Positions 40,601-53,560 of a stretch of DNA of 64,000 nt are shown here, in pieces. The stretch's first letter is position 1, and each line of letters opens with the position of its first letter. The stretch is from contig OX597818.1 of the NCBI GenBank assembly GCA_951406725.2, forward strand, positions 144,522,001 through 144,586,000. Reading direction: 5' to 3'. Both the position numbers and the translations under genes were made by a program. The notes beneath the pieces were generated by a model that searched no databases, was not told where the DNA came from, and saw nothing but the letters and a program-made list of their open reading frames with translations. Source of the DNA: Octopus vulgaris (lineage: Eukaryota).

Positions 40601-43600
40601 AGATTTGCTGTTTTCCCAACATCTTGAATCTAAACACACGATTTACTTATAACAGATTTTTCTCCTTAAATATTTGTTTTTAATTTCCCTTTAGAATCCT
40701 TAGTCATTTTCATTTTCATAATCAAATTACATTGGGTGTATGTGTATTCACACAAACATACTAACACACACACAAACACATACATGTGTGCACATACACA
40801 CATTATGCAATTTTTTATAACTATTAAATATCTATTAAAATGATAATCAGATGAAAAGCTGACTGTGTAACTGTATTTGATTTTTGAATAATAATATCAA
40901 GCCTGTCCATTTTAGAATGCTGAGAGTTTTAAGGAAATCTTTAAAAGTTAAAAAAGAATTTTAAATTAAGGGCAATGGTAGTGTTATTTTATTGCTCTAC
41001 TACATGTTTACAAAATGTTATTTATATTTCTAATTACACGAAAGGAGTGAGTGGAAAGTAGGTGGGGAGAAAAAGATGATGGGGACTTGCAGACAAACTG
41101 AGAGACAAGTACTAAACAGGAAATGGGACCAATTAATAATGCCAGCATCAGAAAAAATGACTTTGAAATGGTAATCATTAAGTAACCAATAGAAAGCAAA
41201 ACTGCTCTTAAAAATTATTACTTCTTCCTCCTATGCAATTGCTAGAAAAATATTTATACTATTTCCTCTTTGCTACTTCATCAGGATATTACTTTATATA
41301 TATTTCTTTTAATTCAATTTTGCAAGTAAATTGTTATTAGTGATAATAATAATATCAAAAATATTTATTATATTTATTAGGAAGGCAGTGCTTGGCAGAA
41401 TTAGTAGTAATGAACTAAATTTATGAGAACATTTTATTACATTTTGAGTTTAAATACCATCAAGTTTCATTTTGCTTTTCATTCCTACAGGATCAATGAA
41501 ATTGTGTCAGTGAATAGGATGGTCTGTATGGCTTCAGAAGCTAACTTTGAATCCTTAATTATTTGGTCCCAATCATTCTGCACAACACTTCAGCCATAGC
41601 CTTAGATTGACCAATAGCTTGTGAGGGGAATTTGATAGATGGTTAAGTGATAAAAATAATTGAGATTGTGGAATATTGGGGTTAATTACACTGATTAGTC
41701 TTTCTCTACATTTGTGGCTTTGTTAGCAACATTAGAAATTATTCTATTATTGACATTTTTGCTTAACTAAAGACTAGGTCTTTGGATTCATTTGTATCCT
41801 ATTGTTTAGCAAGAACATTAATTTCTTTAATTCCCTCTTTTAACTGCTTTTTAAGTGCTATTGTTTCTTTTGGTGATGGTGGTGGAGGTTTTGCCAAAAA
41901 GGTAATGAAAGAAAATTAATAATCAGATTAATGTTAATGCATATTTATTTCCAGTTAACTTTTTGTATATGTTTATGTATTAACTATGCTAACAACAACA
42001 ACAACTCAACTAATGGGTTTTCATGCAGATGGGGTGTCTTGGAGTTATTCTTCTATCAGTTCTATTTCTCTGTACCAACATGTGTACAATGATGTATGTA
42101 CATTTAATTTGAAAGTCTCCTGTTATTACTTTAGTGTTGAAGTCTATAGTTTGCTGCTAAGGTCATAAGACTGAAATTTGTATGAAGTTGTCACCTATAC
42201 TTTCTGAAACAATCCAGATAATATTAATCATTAATATATTTTTTTGTACCATTTATTTATTTCTGGTTAGGTTTTTTTTAATTTTGAAGTTTCCTACATT
42301 AAGGCTTTATATATTTAACAGGTCTTAAACAATGAGAAACAAATTGATTTCCCTTCATCCAGAAATATGGCAAACCAAAATTTATAAATTAGATGAATAC
42401 ATTCCAAAGTTTGCTGTCATGTAGATAGCAAATGTGTACCTGTACATATGTATGTGTGCAGGTGAACTCACACATATGTATGTGTGCAGGTGAACTCACA
42501 CGCAACATTGGGAGGAGACCAAGTTAACTATTAAATCCTCTTGCCGCTTATTTTCTGTATAAATCTGTTCCAGTGTTGCTTTATTTAGTGATGTTGCAGA
42601 TAAGAAAGCTAATAAATACAATCACATCTACACCTATCTATTGTGTAAACACAGGCTTGCCAAAGAACTGGCTACATCTGGAATGGTGCTTATTATTACT
42701 AATAATAAGCTGAATATAAATATTTTATGTTGAAGATCTGACCTAGTTTGTGAACTGATGTAAAATGTCTGGAAGGAAGATTAGGGGGAAAAAGAAAAAA
42801 AAAGACGTGATCTTGAATTCATGCTACTATATGTAGTTAAAGAGTCAGATGAATACATTTTAACTGTTTGACTTGCCCTTAATCCATCCTTCAGTTATCT
42901 ATGTTCAAACCCTGACAGGATCAGTTTTACCTTTTATCTAAATGGGAATGAGAAAGTAAAACTTTAGATATTTCAGTTGTTGGTTTTTAGCTTTGCATCA
43001 GCCCTGATTGAGTAAACCTGTTAAGAGAGGTGTTCCAGCCATGACATTCTGTTTTACTTTCACCTTAGACATTATCCAATGTAATTTTAAACATTTTTTT
43101 AAAGCTGGTGAGGTGTAGTCTGAGGCATGTTTGGCTGCTGTTTCTATTAGGCTGAGTAACCACATGTAAATCTTCCTTACTGGCTTGTAAGTACTGGTGT
43201 TGATTCAAATGACAGTCATCTAGTTATGAAATTTATGGCTTTGTACCAATGTAAGAAATCATCATTGATGGGATATTATTACATGAATTTTATGCTCTGA
43301 CTTTAAATCCTGATGCAGTCAATATTTCCTTTTAATATTACAGTATCAATACAGTATAGTACTAGTCAAACACTCTAGGGTTAATATGATCCATTTTACC
43401 CTTTTCCTAATGTTGTTGTCAGTTGCCAGGGAACGAAATTTGCTTAGGGAGTGCAAACCCAGGCCCAAAATTTTTTATGTTTATATTAATACAAATGCAG
43501 GTATAACAATAATTTTTATTATCATGAGGATTGACTGAAATGCTCATAGGCTGAGTAAGACACTCATGGAATGTGACCAAATGAAGTTCATTTTTTAGCA

Positions 43601-43614
43601 TAATTCTTCTAACT

Positions 43615-44010
43615 GTCTACATACCTTCCATGAGTGTTGCAGTGCTTGGATTGCATTGGTGAAAAAAGTCATCTACAGCAGATAAGACGTCATCATTACG
43701 GCAAAACTGGTGCCCAGCCAATAGTTTTTTCATGTTAAGAAACTGACGATAGTCAGATGGAACCAAATCACTAAAATAGAAAGGATGATCAACCAGTTCA
43801 AAGTCAGTCAAGCACAGCAGCAATTGAAACCAAAGACTCGTGTGCTGAAGCATTGTTCTAATAAAACAAGACTCCTTTCATCAGTTTTTCTGGGTGTTTG
43901 GTCTTGATAGCCTTTTGTAACTACCTTAGCAAGTTGGCATAGAACTCTCCAGAACCCTCCATCGATGGTGTGATCACTTTGAAGACAGTTATTAAACCCA
44001 ATGCCTTTTG
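43615..44010 (-). pseudogene. Decayed mariner transposase fragment
   Basis: FELVDHPFYFSDLVPSDY..F.NMKK.LAG.QF..DDV.SAV resembles the mariner HPPYSPDLAPSDY motif; upstream KGVLFY*NNASAH resembles GVLFHQDNAPAH; stops and frameshifts present. Confidence 0.85.
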
Positions 44011-44019
44011 CATTTCAAA

Positions 44020-44345
44020 AAAACTGAGGTTTCAGGTTTGAGTTTGGGTTCTGTCTGAACTGGTCTGATCCAGTTTCAATGGATCTGATCTGGTTTGGAC
44101 TGGTCTTATCCAGTTTGGACCAGTTAAGGTTTACTGTTTGATGAAAATGTTTGATAAGATGGTTGATGAAAATATTTGATGTTTGAAGATGCTTTATGAA
44201 AATGTTTAATGGATGTGACTGGTGTGATTTGGTTTTGACCGGTTTGATCTGGTTTGGACTGGTGTGATCTGCATTGGACCAGTCTGATATGGTTTGGACC
44301 AATCTGATCTAGTTTGGATCAGTTAGGGTTTGTTTACATTCCTGT
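44020..44345. repeat. Low-complexity short-period repeat (tggtc/tgatc/tggac) next to the mariner remnant
   Basis: tgatctggtttggactggt occurs near 44086 and 44246 within pentamer-like periodicity. Confidence 0.55.
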
Positions 44346-44469
44346 TTCTGGACAATTAAGCAATAAGAGAATAACAGAATATGCAGCGTATTGAAACTAG
44401 TAAAACAATGCTTAGTTTTTATTTACTTCAATTTACCAATTTAGTAGGTTTTGATTGTTCTGAAGTATA

Positions 44470-44630
44470 GGCGCAAGCGTGGCTGTGTGGGAAGAAGTTT
44501 TCCTTCCCAGCCACATGGTTCTGGGTTCAGTCCCATTGTGTGGAACCTTGGGCAAGTATCTTCAAATATAGCCTTGGGACAGCCAAAGCCTTGTGAGTGG
44601 ATTTGGCAGACAGAAACTGAAAGAAACTTG

Positions 44631-44692
<62 letters not shown>

Positions 44693-44852
44693 ATCTGTTT
44701 GTCTTCCATAGCTGGTGTTGTGTTTGCATCCCTGTAACTTAGTGGTTCAGCAATAAGTATCAGGCTTAAAAAAAAAAGTATGGGAGTCAATTCATTCAAC
44801 TAAAATTCTTCAGCATGGTCGCAGTCTGCTGAGTGAAACAGGTAAGAGAATA
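44470..44852 (+). mobile_element. tRNA-derived SINE, near full length, with internal (GT)n
   Basis: ggcgcaagcgtggctgtgtgg...gggttcagtccc head, ccaaagccttgtgagtggatttgg core, cagcatggtcgcagtc..tgaaac tail; decayed copies near 640, 10265, 15515, 18040, 45580 and 61650. Confidence 0.8.
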
Positions 44853-45448
44853 AGTCTGAACAATCAGAGAATATGTGATTTTTTTTCCCTTTTTTTTTTT
44901 TAAAAAAATATCCTAAATGGCTATCATAAGCCATTGTATTTAATAAAATGACCTTTAAGGAGAAGAGACAACCTGTAATTATATAGCTGAAGTTACCTTG
45001 TGTGTAGAAATCTGCTCATGTTTCATAGGATTTAAAAACAAAGGTAGTGATGACATTTAAAGCCATTTGCTTGTAATTAACATTGTTGTAATTAGGGACT
45101 GTTACTGGGGGTTGATTATTCCTCATGAGAAGCTGAAAATGAGGAAATCAGATTAGTATTCCATGTGGATGAAAGGATAATAATAGTATAAAAAAAACAA
45201 AAAAACTTGTTTGGTGTTTTAAGCCAAGAAGGTGGGAATCAAGGGATTCAGGGAGATCAATTAGTGTGTTTATCTGATGGGGAGTTGGTGGTGACACAAA
45301 AGAAGCTAACCACTAATTATGTATAATTAAGTTGAAAACTGATTAGTCATGCCACTTAAAATTAGTATATAGAACATATTATTTATTTTAACAAACTCTG
45401 TATTTGTGTAGATGTGTGAGTTTGTGTATATATGTGTGTGTATGTATG

Positions 45449-45482
<34 letters not shown>

Positions 45483-46020
45483 TTCATGTACACATACAGA
45501 CATATACACACATGTACTTATATATGTGTGTGTGTGCATATGAGATTAAAAAAAATTTTTTTAGCTAAGTTGTTAATATTAGTTTGCAGTCATAATATCT
45601 AGAGTTCAGTCCCAGGATGTGGCATTTTGACAAGTGACTTTTTACTATAGCCTCAGGTCAATCCAAGCCATATGAATAGGACAGAGGAAGTGGAAATTAT
45701 GCTGAAGCCAATCAGATGGACTGTACCTATGATTCAAATTTATCATGTTGTCTGATATTAATTCTTCCTGAGAATCACATTAAGTACACAATGTGTGAGA
45801 TGCTGAACCACTTATATCAGTATTCAGTAAATAGGTAGTTCATTTGATAAAGCAGTTGGAAATCTCATTGTCAAAACTGGCACTGATCAATTTACTTTTA
45901 ATTTAATTTGTATATGGTTAATAGATCCATCCATCATAAAGTACTAGAAAATTTGACTCTATCTTAATTACAAGCCAACTTTTTTTCCAGTTTGGGTTGC
46001 TAATGAATTATTGACAAGAG

Positions 46021-46065
<45 letters not shown>

Positions 46066-47120
46066 ATTTGTGCATACACAGGAAAGGAGGAGAGACAGGT
46101 GGAGCAGAGAATATAACATTTCATGTGAAGGATCCCATTTAAGCATTGCTATACGAGGTCTGATTTGTTAGGTGATGATTGCCACTGTTAAAGCTAGTTG
46201 TTTCTGTGTCTAATAAGTCTTTGCTATTCAATAATTGATGAATAAAGATATGTCTTAATTCCGATGTGGCTGAAAATTTCAGTAGTATTAGTAAAATAGA
46301 AAACATTACCCAAAGCACTGAATTAATAAATGAAACTTATGCTAAATAAATATAAAATCTCAGCACTTAGCATGCAAAAACATTTCTTATGTGATAGTTT
46401 AATTGTAGCTTACTGTGTTCAAAACAAAACACTCAATCAGGTATTGATTAACAGATTTATAACAGAATAAAATAAATTTCTGCATATCTACTTCAATGAA
46501 ATTCCCTATTGATGTTAGCTATTCTTTTAATAAATAGTTTAAAATTTGTTTTCTATTGGTTTTATCAGACTTACATTTTTAAAGGATAGAAATTTTGGGG
46601 AATCAAACTTCTTACCACATAGTGGCCACACCTGTGCTTATATTCAGATTTTAAAGATTACTGCAACCATGCAATAACTAGTATAAACCTTATTGCAAAA
46701 ACAATAACCAGAAATGAGCAGAGCCCATCTTATTTCATTGTGTAATAATTTCTTTATAATTTTCTCTCAGTGAAATGAATAATATTACTTTTCATTTAAA
46801 ATCTAATAACAAAACAGCCTAGGATTACACATGGTAAACAAAATGTTACTGGATATTTTACCTTTGAATTTCTGCTCAGCCTGCTCCCCAAAATTAATAT
46901 AAAATGCTATTAAATATATATAGAAACTCATAACCAAAGTTAATAAAAGTGAAATTGACCCAAATTGTTTGTGTTGCATGTTTGTTTCACATATATACAT
47001 ACATAAAGAGCCAGTTGTTTGTGCCGACCAAAGCCTTGTGAGTGGATTTGGTTGATGGGAACTGAAAGAGGCCCATCGAGCGCGTGTGTGTACAGATATA
47101 TATATATATATATATATATA

Positions 47121-47890
47121 TCATCATCTATCATCATCGTCATCATTTAACGTCCGCTTTCCATGCTGGCATGGGTTGGACGATTTGACTGAAGACTGGC
47201 GAACCAGATGGCTGCATCAGGCTCTAATCTGATCTGGCAGAGTTTCTACAGCTGGATGCCCTTCCTAATGCCAACCACTCCGAGAGTGTAGTGGGTGCTT
47301 TTACATGTCATTGGCATAAGGGCCAGTCAGGCGGTACTGGCAATGGCCATGCTCAAAAGGTGTTTTTTTACGTGCCACCTGCACAAGTGCCAGTCCAACA
47401 CACATCCAGCCCTGTTAAGAATACTCCTGATGCATTGGGCGATATGATATTCTTGAGAAGACATGTTGAGTCAAGTAAAACCAATATCATAGCTGGGGCT
47501 GGTGCCCCTTGACTGGCTCCTGTGCCGATGGCATGTAAAAAGGACCATCCAAGTGTGTTTGTTTCCAGGCCCACCATACTGGCTCTAGTGCAGTGGCATG
47601 TAAAAAGCACCAGGATGCCAGTACCCGCTACTGGCTCCTGTGTCATTGGCACGTAAAAAGCACCATCTGAATGTGATCATTGTCAGGCCCATCTTACTGG
47701 CCCCCTGTGCCGGTGGCACGTAAAATGCATCCACTACACTCTTGAAGTGGTTGGCATTAGGAAGGGTATCCAGCTGCAGAAACTCTGCCAGATCAGATGG
47801 AGCCTGGTGCAGCCGTAGGCTCTCCAGACCTCAGTCAAACCGTCCAACCCATGCCAGCTTGGAAAATGGACGTTAATCAATGATGATGAT
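47121..47890. mobile_element. Two (GAT)n-tailed retroposon copies in inverted orientation, nested in a SINE
   Basis: 47121-47310 and 47713-47890 are reverse-complementary; host SINE halves at about 47020-47095 and 47895-48110. Confidence 0.8.
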
Positions 47891-50800
47891 ATATAATATG
47901 TGTGTTTATCCCCATAACCACTTGACAACCGGTGTTGGTGTGTTTACATCCCTCTTAGTGGTTTAGCAAAAGAGACCAATAGAATAAGTACTAAGCTTAA
48001 AAAAGAACACAAAAAATAAATACTGGGGTAAATTCATTTGACTAAAAGTTCTGCAAGGTGGTGCCCCAGCATGGCCGCAGTCTGGTGACTGAAACAAGTA
48101 AAAGATATAAAAAACAAAAATGATTGACATACATTATTGAAATAGTTTCTATTTTATAGCATAAGCACAGAGATAGCTTTGTGGTTAAGAAGGTCACTTC
48201 ACATTTATGAAATGTCAGGTACTGTCCCATTCCATGGAACCAAGTTTTTTCTAGTCTAGTTCAAGGTTGACTAATGCCTTGTGAGTCTATTGGGTTGTAA
48301 GCCTGTTGAGTTAGTGTATGTGAATGTTGATATTTTATCTGTTATCATTTGACCGAAATGATGGTTAACATTCCTTATTGACATTATGACGGGTTACCCT
48401 ACACCTTTGAACACCTGTAGAACAAAAAATAAAATAAAATTTTAAAAATCCTTGAAAAGCAGGTGAAGGTGGATGATAGAAAAAAGATACAGCTGTAAAA
48501 TCCTGCCTCAAAATCAATTGTCATCCAAGCCATGTAAACAAGGAAAAATAGATGTTAAACAAATGAACAAGCTTTGTTATACTCGACCTAATGCTAACCC
48601 TCAGTTGTGGTTTGGGAATGTTATCTAAACTGATTTCAATATGTAGAATCCCTGAACAATGGCAGGTTTTGAACTCCTGTTTATCTGGTCAATATTTTTG
48701 AGCACTTGGTTGTTATCATTCTGATATCCTGGACAACATTATTTGAAGGACCGACTTAATGTAGAACCATATAACTATTCAATGCAGTTACATTTATATG
48801 TTATGTGGCCTGTACTGTATTCCAAAGACTAAAAACAAATGTTGTTTTTAATCTAGGCCAGTTGTAATTGAACTTAGTCTATGAACTGTGGTGGGTTTTT
48901 TTCCCCCAATACATAATAAATATACCTAGGACTACTGTAACTAACATATCTTTATTTATTTAATTTTTTTAAGGACTAGAGTATAATCCATTGTTGCTAA
49001 TATTTGCAGGTTGTGTGACCTTGTATAGGGCCCTTGATATTTCAAAATAATTTTTCAGTAATCTCCATTCATAGTTCCTTTGTTTACCCTGTTCTCTCTT
49101 ATTATAAATCTTTTATAATTCTATAATTCTTAAATATGGAAGCAGCAGCAGGAGGGATTTTATTGCTGTATCTGTTGTTGGCTGTTCTCAGTTTTGAAGC
49201 AAATCTAGGGCATGGAAGCAACACAAATCATTGAAAAATAATTCAATACCCTGCAGATGAGTTTAAGAGATTTACTTTGAACATATGTGGGTACGGAACC
49301 ATGGGGTGCTACAAAATTGTCAGGGTTAGTGTTTCAATTGGAACAGAGATAAACACACACACATACACACACACACACAATCCCCCTCCCCCAGAAAAAT
49401 ATCAAAAAATACCATGACAGGTTGAGATATATGACTTAGTGTCATGCCAGTAAAATAAAAAGAAAAAAGCTTAAACAAATACTGGTACAAGTTTTCATCA
49501 CATGTTCCTCCAGTCTATGATAGTTTATGTGAATGACTGCTTTAGAATAATGTTCTGCTTTCAATCCTAAACATTATTTCTCCTTTTCCAGTTATCACAG
49601 TGAATTTTTCCAGTTCTGTAATTTTAGTTTTCACCAGTTTGCATTTTATACATTTTTACATTGTTTCATCTCACCCAGCCTTAGTAGGAATATAAAATTA
49701 CAGGTTTACAAGTGACTTTCTTTCTTTAGATATTCTATACTTATTCCATTGCTTTCCCTTGTCTGTGTATTCTAGTTTTCTCTCTATTTTTGTTTTCATC
49801 TAAATTTCTGTTAACATCTGCTTTTGATATTTAATCCATCTGTGACTGGAGTTTTCAACTGACTTGCCATTCTGTCTACACAATCCTGCACCATTCGCAG
49901 TTGTGAAGCTTTAATCTTTTCCCTACAAATCCTATTTGAAGCCTCCTCTGGTTTTTATTGCTCAAAATTTCTATTTTGAAATGTTTGTGTTTAAATTAAA
50001 ATCTCTCTTCATAATTTTCTTGCAAAGATCTTAAATGAAAAAAAAAAAAAAAATTATGTGAGTACTTTTCATCGTTAAAACACCAGTTTAATTAGATATT
50101 TTATTAGTTCCCATTGAATAGTTGATTTTGAAAGTTACTTCATATAAACAAGTTTATTTCATTAAAGGGTGAAAAAATAATCGGTTTTTTTTTTCTTTGT
50201 TCTGTAGCATCTGATATTGTTAGTGGTATAACACAATAATGGTAATATTGTATGTGGTATAACACAGAAGGTGACTCTACCATATGATATAACACAGTAA
50301 TATTGATGACAATATTGGATAATGCAATAATTGATATTTATTATTTGATATAACACTAGTGATAATATTTTATGGCATAGCAGCAATGATGACAGTCTTG
50401 TTTTTACGGCATAACAACAGTGATGACAATATTATGTATAGTATATTAATAACGGTGACAATAATGGTATAACACAGTAGTACTGAACACATCATAGTTT
50501 TTTTGAGTATGAAACCATGAAAAATTATTTGATTCTGTTTTGTGATTTTGTTTTCCATATAATTTATGTCAGCTTCTGTGTAATAGAGTAATTTAGAATC
50601 CAACAACCAGCGGTGTTGATGGTAGTTGTGGATGCTGGGGTGAGGTTAGAAATATCTCATTCATTTGTCCTTTTTATAGTAAAGTCTGCTCATTTCTTGT
50701 AAGGAAATGTTAATTACAAGTAAACTTAGTCGGGAGTATATTATTCTCTCTTTAGCTTTTGTTAGCAAATTGAAATGCAGATTTCTTTAGAATTCTTTTT

Positions 50801-51282
50801 TTTCACTTTTGATATTTCTAAGCAATTACCAAATTTTGTTTGCTTTTGGAAGACTAAATTAAATTTGCTATAATCATTTGTTTGTCTTTGATTCTTTTAT
50901 ATTTATTCTTAGTCTGTTATTTCCTGACATTTATCATTCTAAGTGGTACATGCATCAAAGCCTCCCCCTCCCCTCACTCTCAGACACATGCATAAACAAT
51001 TTTCTTTCTTTGATGCCTCTGTTATCATTTTATTCATTTTGCTTACAAAATATTCCATTTGTTGCCTTATTTTATTAAAAAAAAAAACATTTCTTCAATT
51101 ACGAGTAATCAATAGTTTCTTTGAGTTGGAAATGTAAAATCAATATTAATTTTTTTTGTTTAATTGCACATTAAATTGAATTACTTTCTATGAGAAATCT
51201 AATGGCATTTTTTTTCTGTGATGTAGAAGTAAGAAAGGTTTATTATATTTCCTGTAAGAATGCTGGAATAACTATCAACAAC

Positions 51283-51330
<48 letters not shown>

Positions 51331-53352
51331 CTGGGAGGATATTTGCAAAATATTATATTTCTCCAAAACTTAATGAGATCAAAATACTACGTTGGATTAA
51401 AAAATGATATTCAATTTGCTTCTTATGCTCAGGTAAGAATCAAACATGGATGCCTTAATGATCATGTGGAATGAACCAAAAGAAAATAAATAAATAAATG
51501 AAATTTTTTTAATTATAAGTTATTTGCATTAGCACACATAGAAGAATCCCTTGAAATAATCAGCTAAAATGCTGAGTAATCTTAATACCTTACACTCCTA
51601 GCTCACATGTTTTAATATGTTTTAGCTAAATATTTTAGGAATTCTAAACTTATAGTAAAATAGTTATTTTGATGCTTGTATCATCCTGAGGTCAAATCTT
51701 TCCAAAATAAATCAATCTAGATTTCTTATCCAGTTAACTTGCTGATACATCTAGCAGGCTGGATTTCAAACAAAATTTATGTTGTTTAGTTCCTGGTTCC
51801 TCAGCCTTTATTTGAGTAAATCTATGATTAAAGACATTCATAGCCATGACCAGACATTTTTTTCCCCTTGGCATTCTGCATCCTGGACTACATTCTTATG
51901 TGTCCTTTTCAAAAAATGGTGGAATGTCATTGGAGTGAAATTTGGTTGCCATTTCTAGCAGATTGAGTTACCTTGTAGATGCTCTCTCATTGACTCTTCG
52001 TCATATAGTTAGAGTTCTAGTTGTGACCATCCTCTCTGTATGGGAGCAACTGTTTATGTCATGAAATATTTTGTAAGCTATTTTTAACATGAGATGGTTT
52101 TTTTCTTTAGCTAAACATCAAACTGCATCTGGTGGTGAGGTTCTAGCTTAGGAGTTTTGGAGAGTATGGAGGTAACCCTTCGTCACCATTACTCCTCAGT
52201 TTGCTCTGACCCAAGGTGGTAGTATTTGTCAAGGGCCTCAGTTATTTGCCAAGTTGCAGATAGCCCTGTGGTTAAGTATACAGGGATCAGAGAAAGGCTG
52301 ACCTCCAGCTATACCACACAAACTCACTGGTGTATGGACATGCCCTGATGTCATGTGAGCCAGTCATTTAACTTGAGAGTTAAACAGACCCTGTGCCTCA
52401 AAGGTAAGCTTGGGAGTGTATTAGACTAGCAAAACAAAGTGTAAATAAACTGGCAAAATATAATGGGGAACTACTGCTTAATCTCCTCCCCCCACCAAAA
52501 AAAAAATCAGGAATCTTCAGACTTTGGCATGAATGTCTGTGATTGCTAATGCCTGGTGAGCATAGTGTTTGGAGAGAAAAAGAGAGAGAAGGGGGTTTCT
52601 TTCTGAATCTTTTTCTTTATATCTTTGTCTTGTTCTTCGACATTTTTCTCTGAATGAATTATCTGTTTTGTAAACCAACAGCTTACATTGTTACCAGGAT
52701 GTTAGAGTCAAGAACTCAACATGAAGGCCATTTTAAATATGTGTAGTATCAATAAATATATGTAGTCACATTTATTTGTATTTAGTCTTCCATAGTTAGA
52801 TCACAAGACACCTTTTGGTTGGCTTGGAATAAGGATCAAACCCATTAACTAGTTTTGTTATTGTTATGACTCATCAGGATTCACTACCTTTTCCCTCTCA
52901 AGTTGTTGATGGGGATAAGTAACAGAAGGCAACTTATTAAAATGGAAACAAAAACACAGCTCATTTGGAACAACTCATTTACATATGATACAAGGTTGCC
53001 AGCTGATATTAATTTATTTAAGTCCCATTACAACATATAAACAGGTTTTCAGGTGGAAGCTAACATATGTTGAAAACTCCGGATAAGTTACTTCTATTAT
53101 TACACTTGTCTAAAGTCTGACTCAACTCTAATTAAACAAACTTATAATCAAAATGTGTTCCAGCTGTGATCACCCCAACTGTTTTGTATATCAGGGATAT
53201 CCAGTATGTCCTTTTATTAAGACAGCAGCAAAATAAATTTGGCTGCTATTTTTAGCAGGTCAAGCAATCACATAAAGGCTTCTACTTTGGTTCTTCATCT
53301 GATGTGAAAACCTGTGGTTTCCTGCTGAACAATTCCTAATAAATTCATTTAA

Positions 53353-53560
53353 CCCTTTAGCCATATCCGGTCAAAATATACGACCTGTTTTATGTACAAA
53401 TCAACCAGATCTGACCTCTCACACTGACCCTACAATATCATTCTAGAAAAAGCAATCGGCATCACTGAAATCTTACAACTATGAAATAATGTATGATTAA
53501 TTCAAAATTGTCTAAATAAATAAACATTGCATTTGACAGAGTAATTTGAATACTGAAGGG
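53353..53560. mobile_element. piggyBac-like MITE, family 1
   Basis: TTAA|CCCTTTAG ... CTGAAGGG|TTAA; internal similarity to 17289. Confidence 0.8.

Noticed and set aside
42444-42499. 28-bp direct duplication containing CAG|GT
   Set aside because: Simple local tandem duplication without a pyrimidine tract; no evidence of function.
51330-51438. TAT GCT CAG|GTAAGA, resembling the FAQ|GT end of a third exon-3 variant
   Set aside because: No WWF or HxxxH motif upstream, and the only acceptor follows an (AG)n run with no pyrimidine tract.
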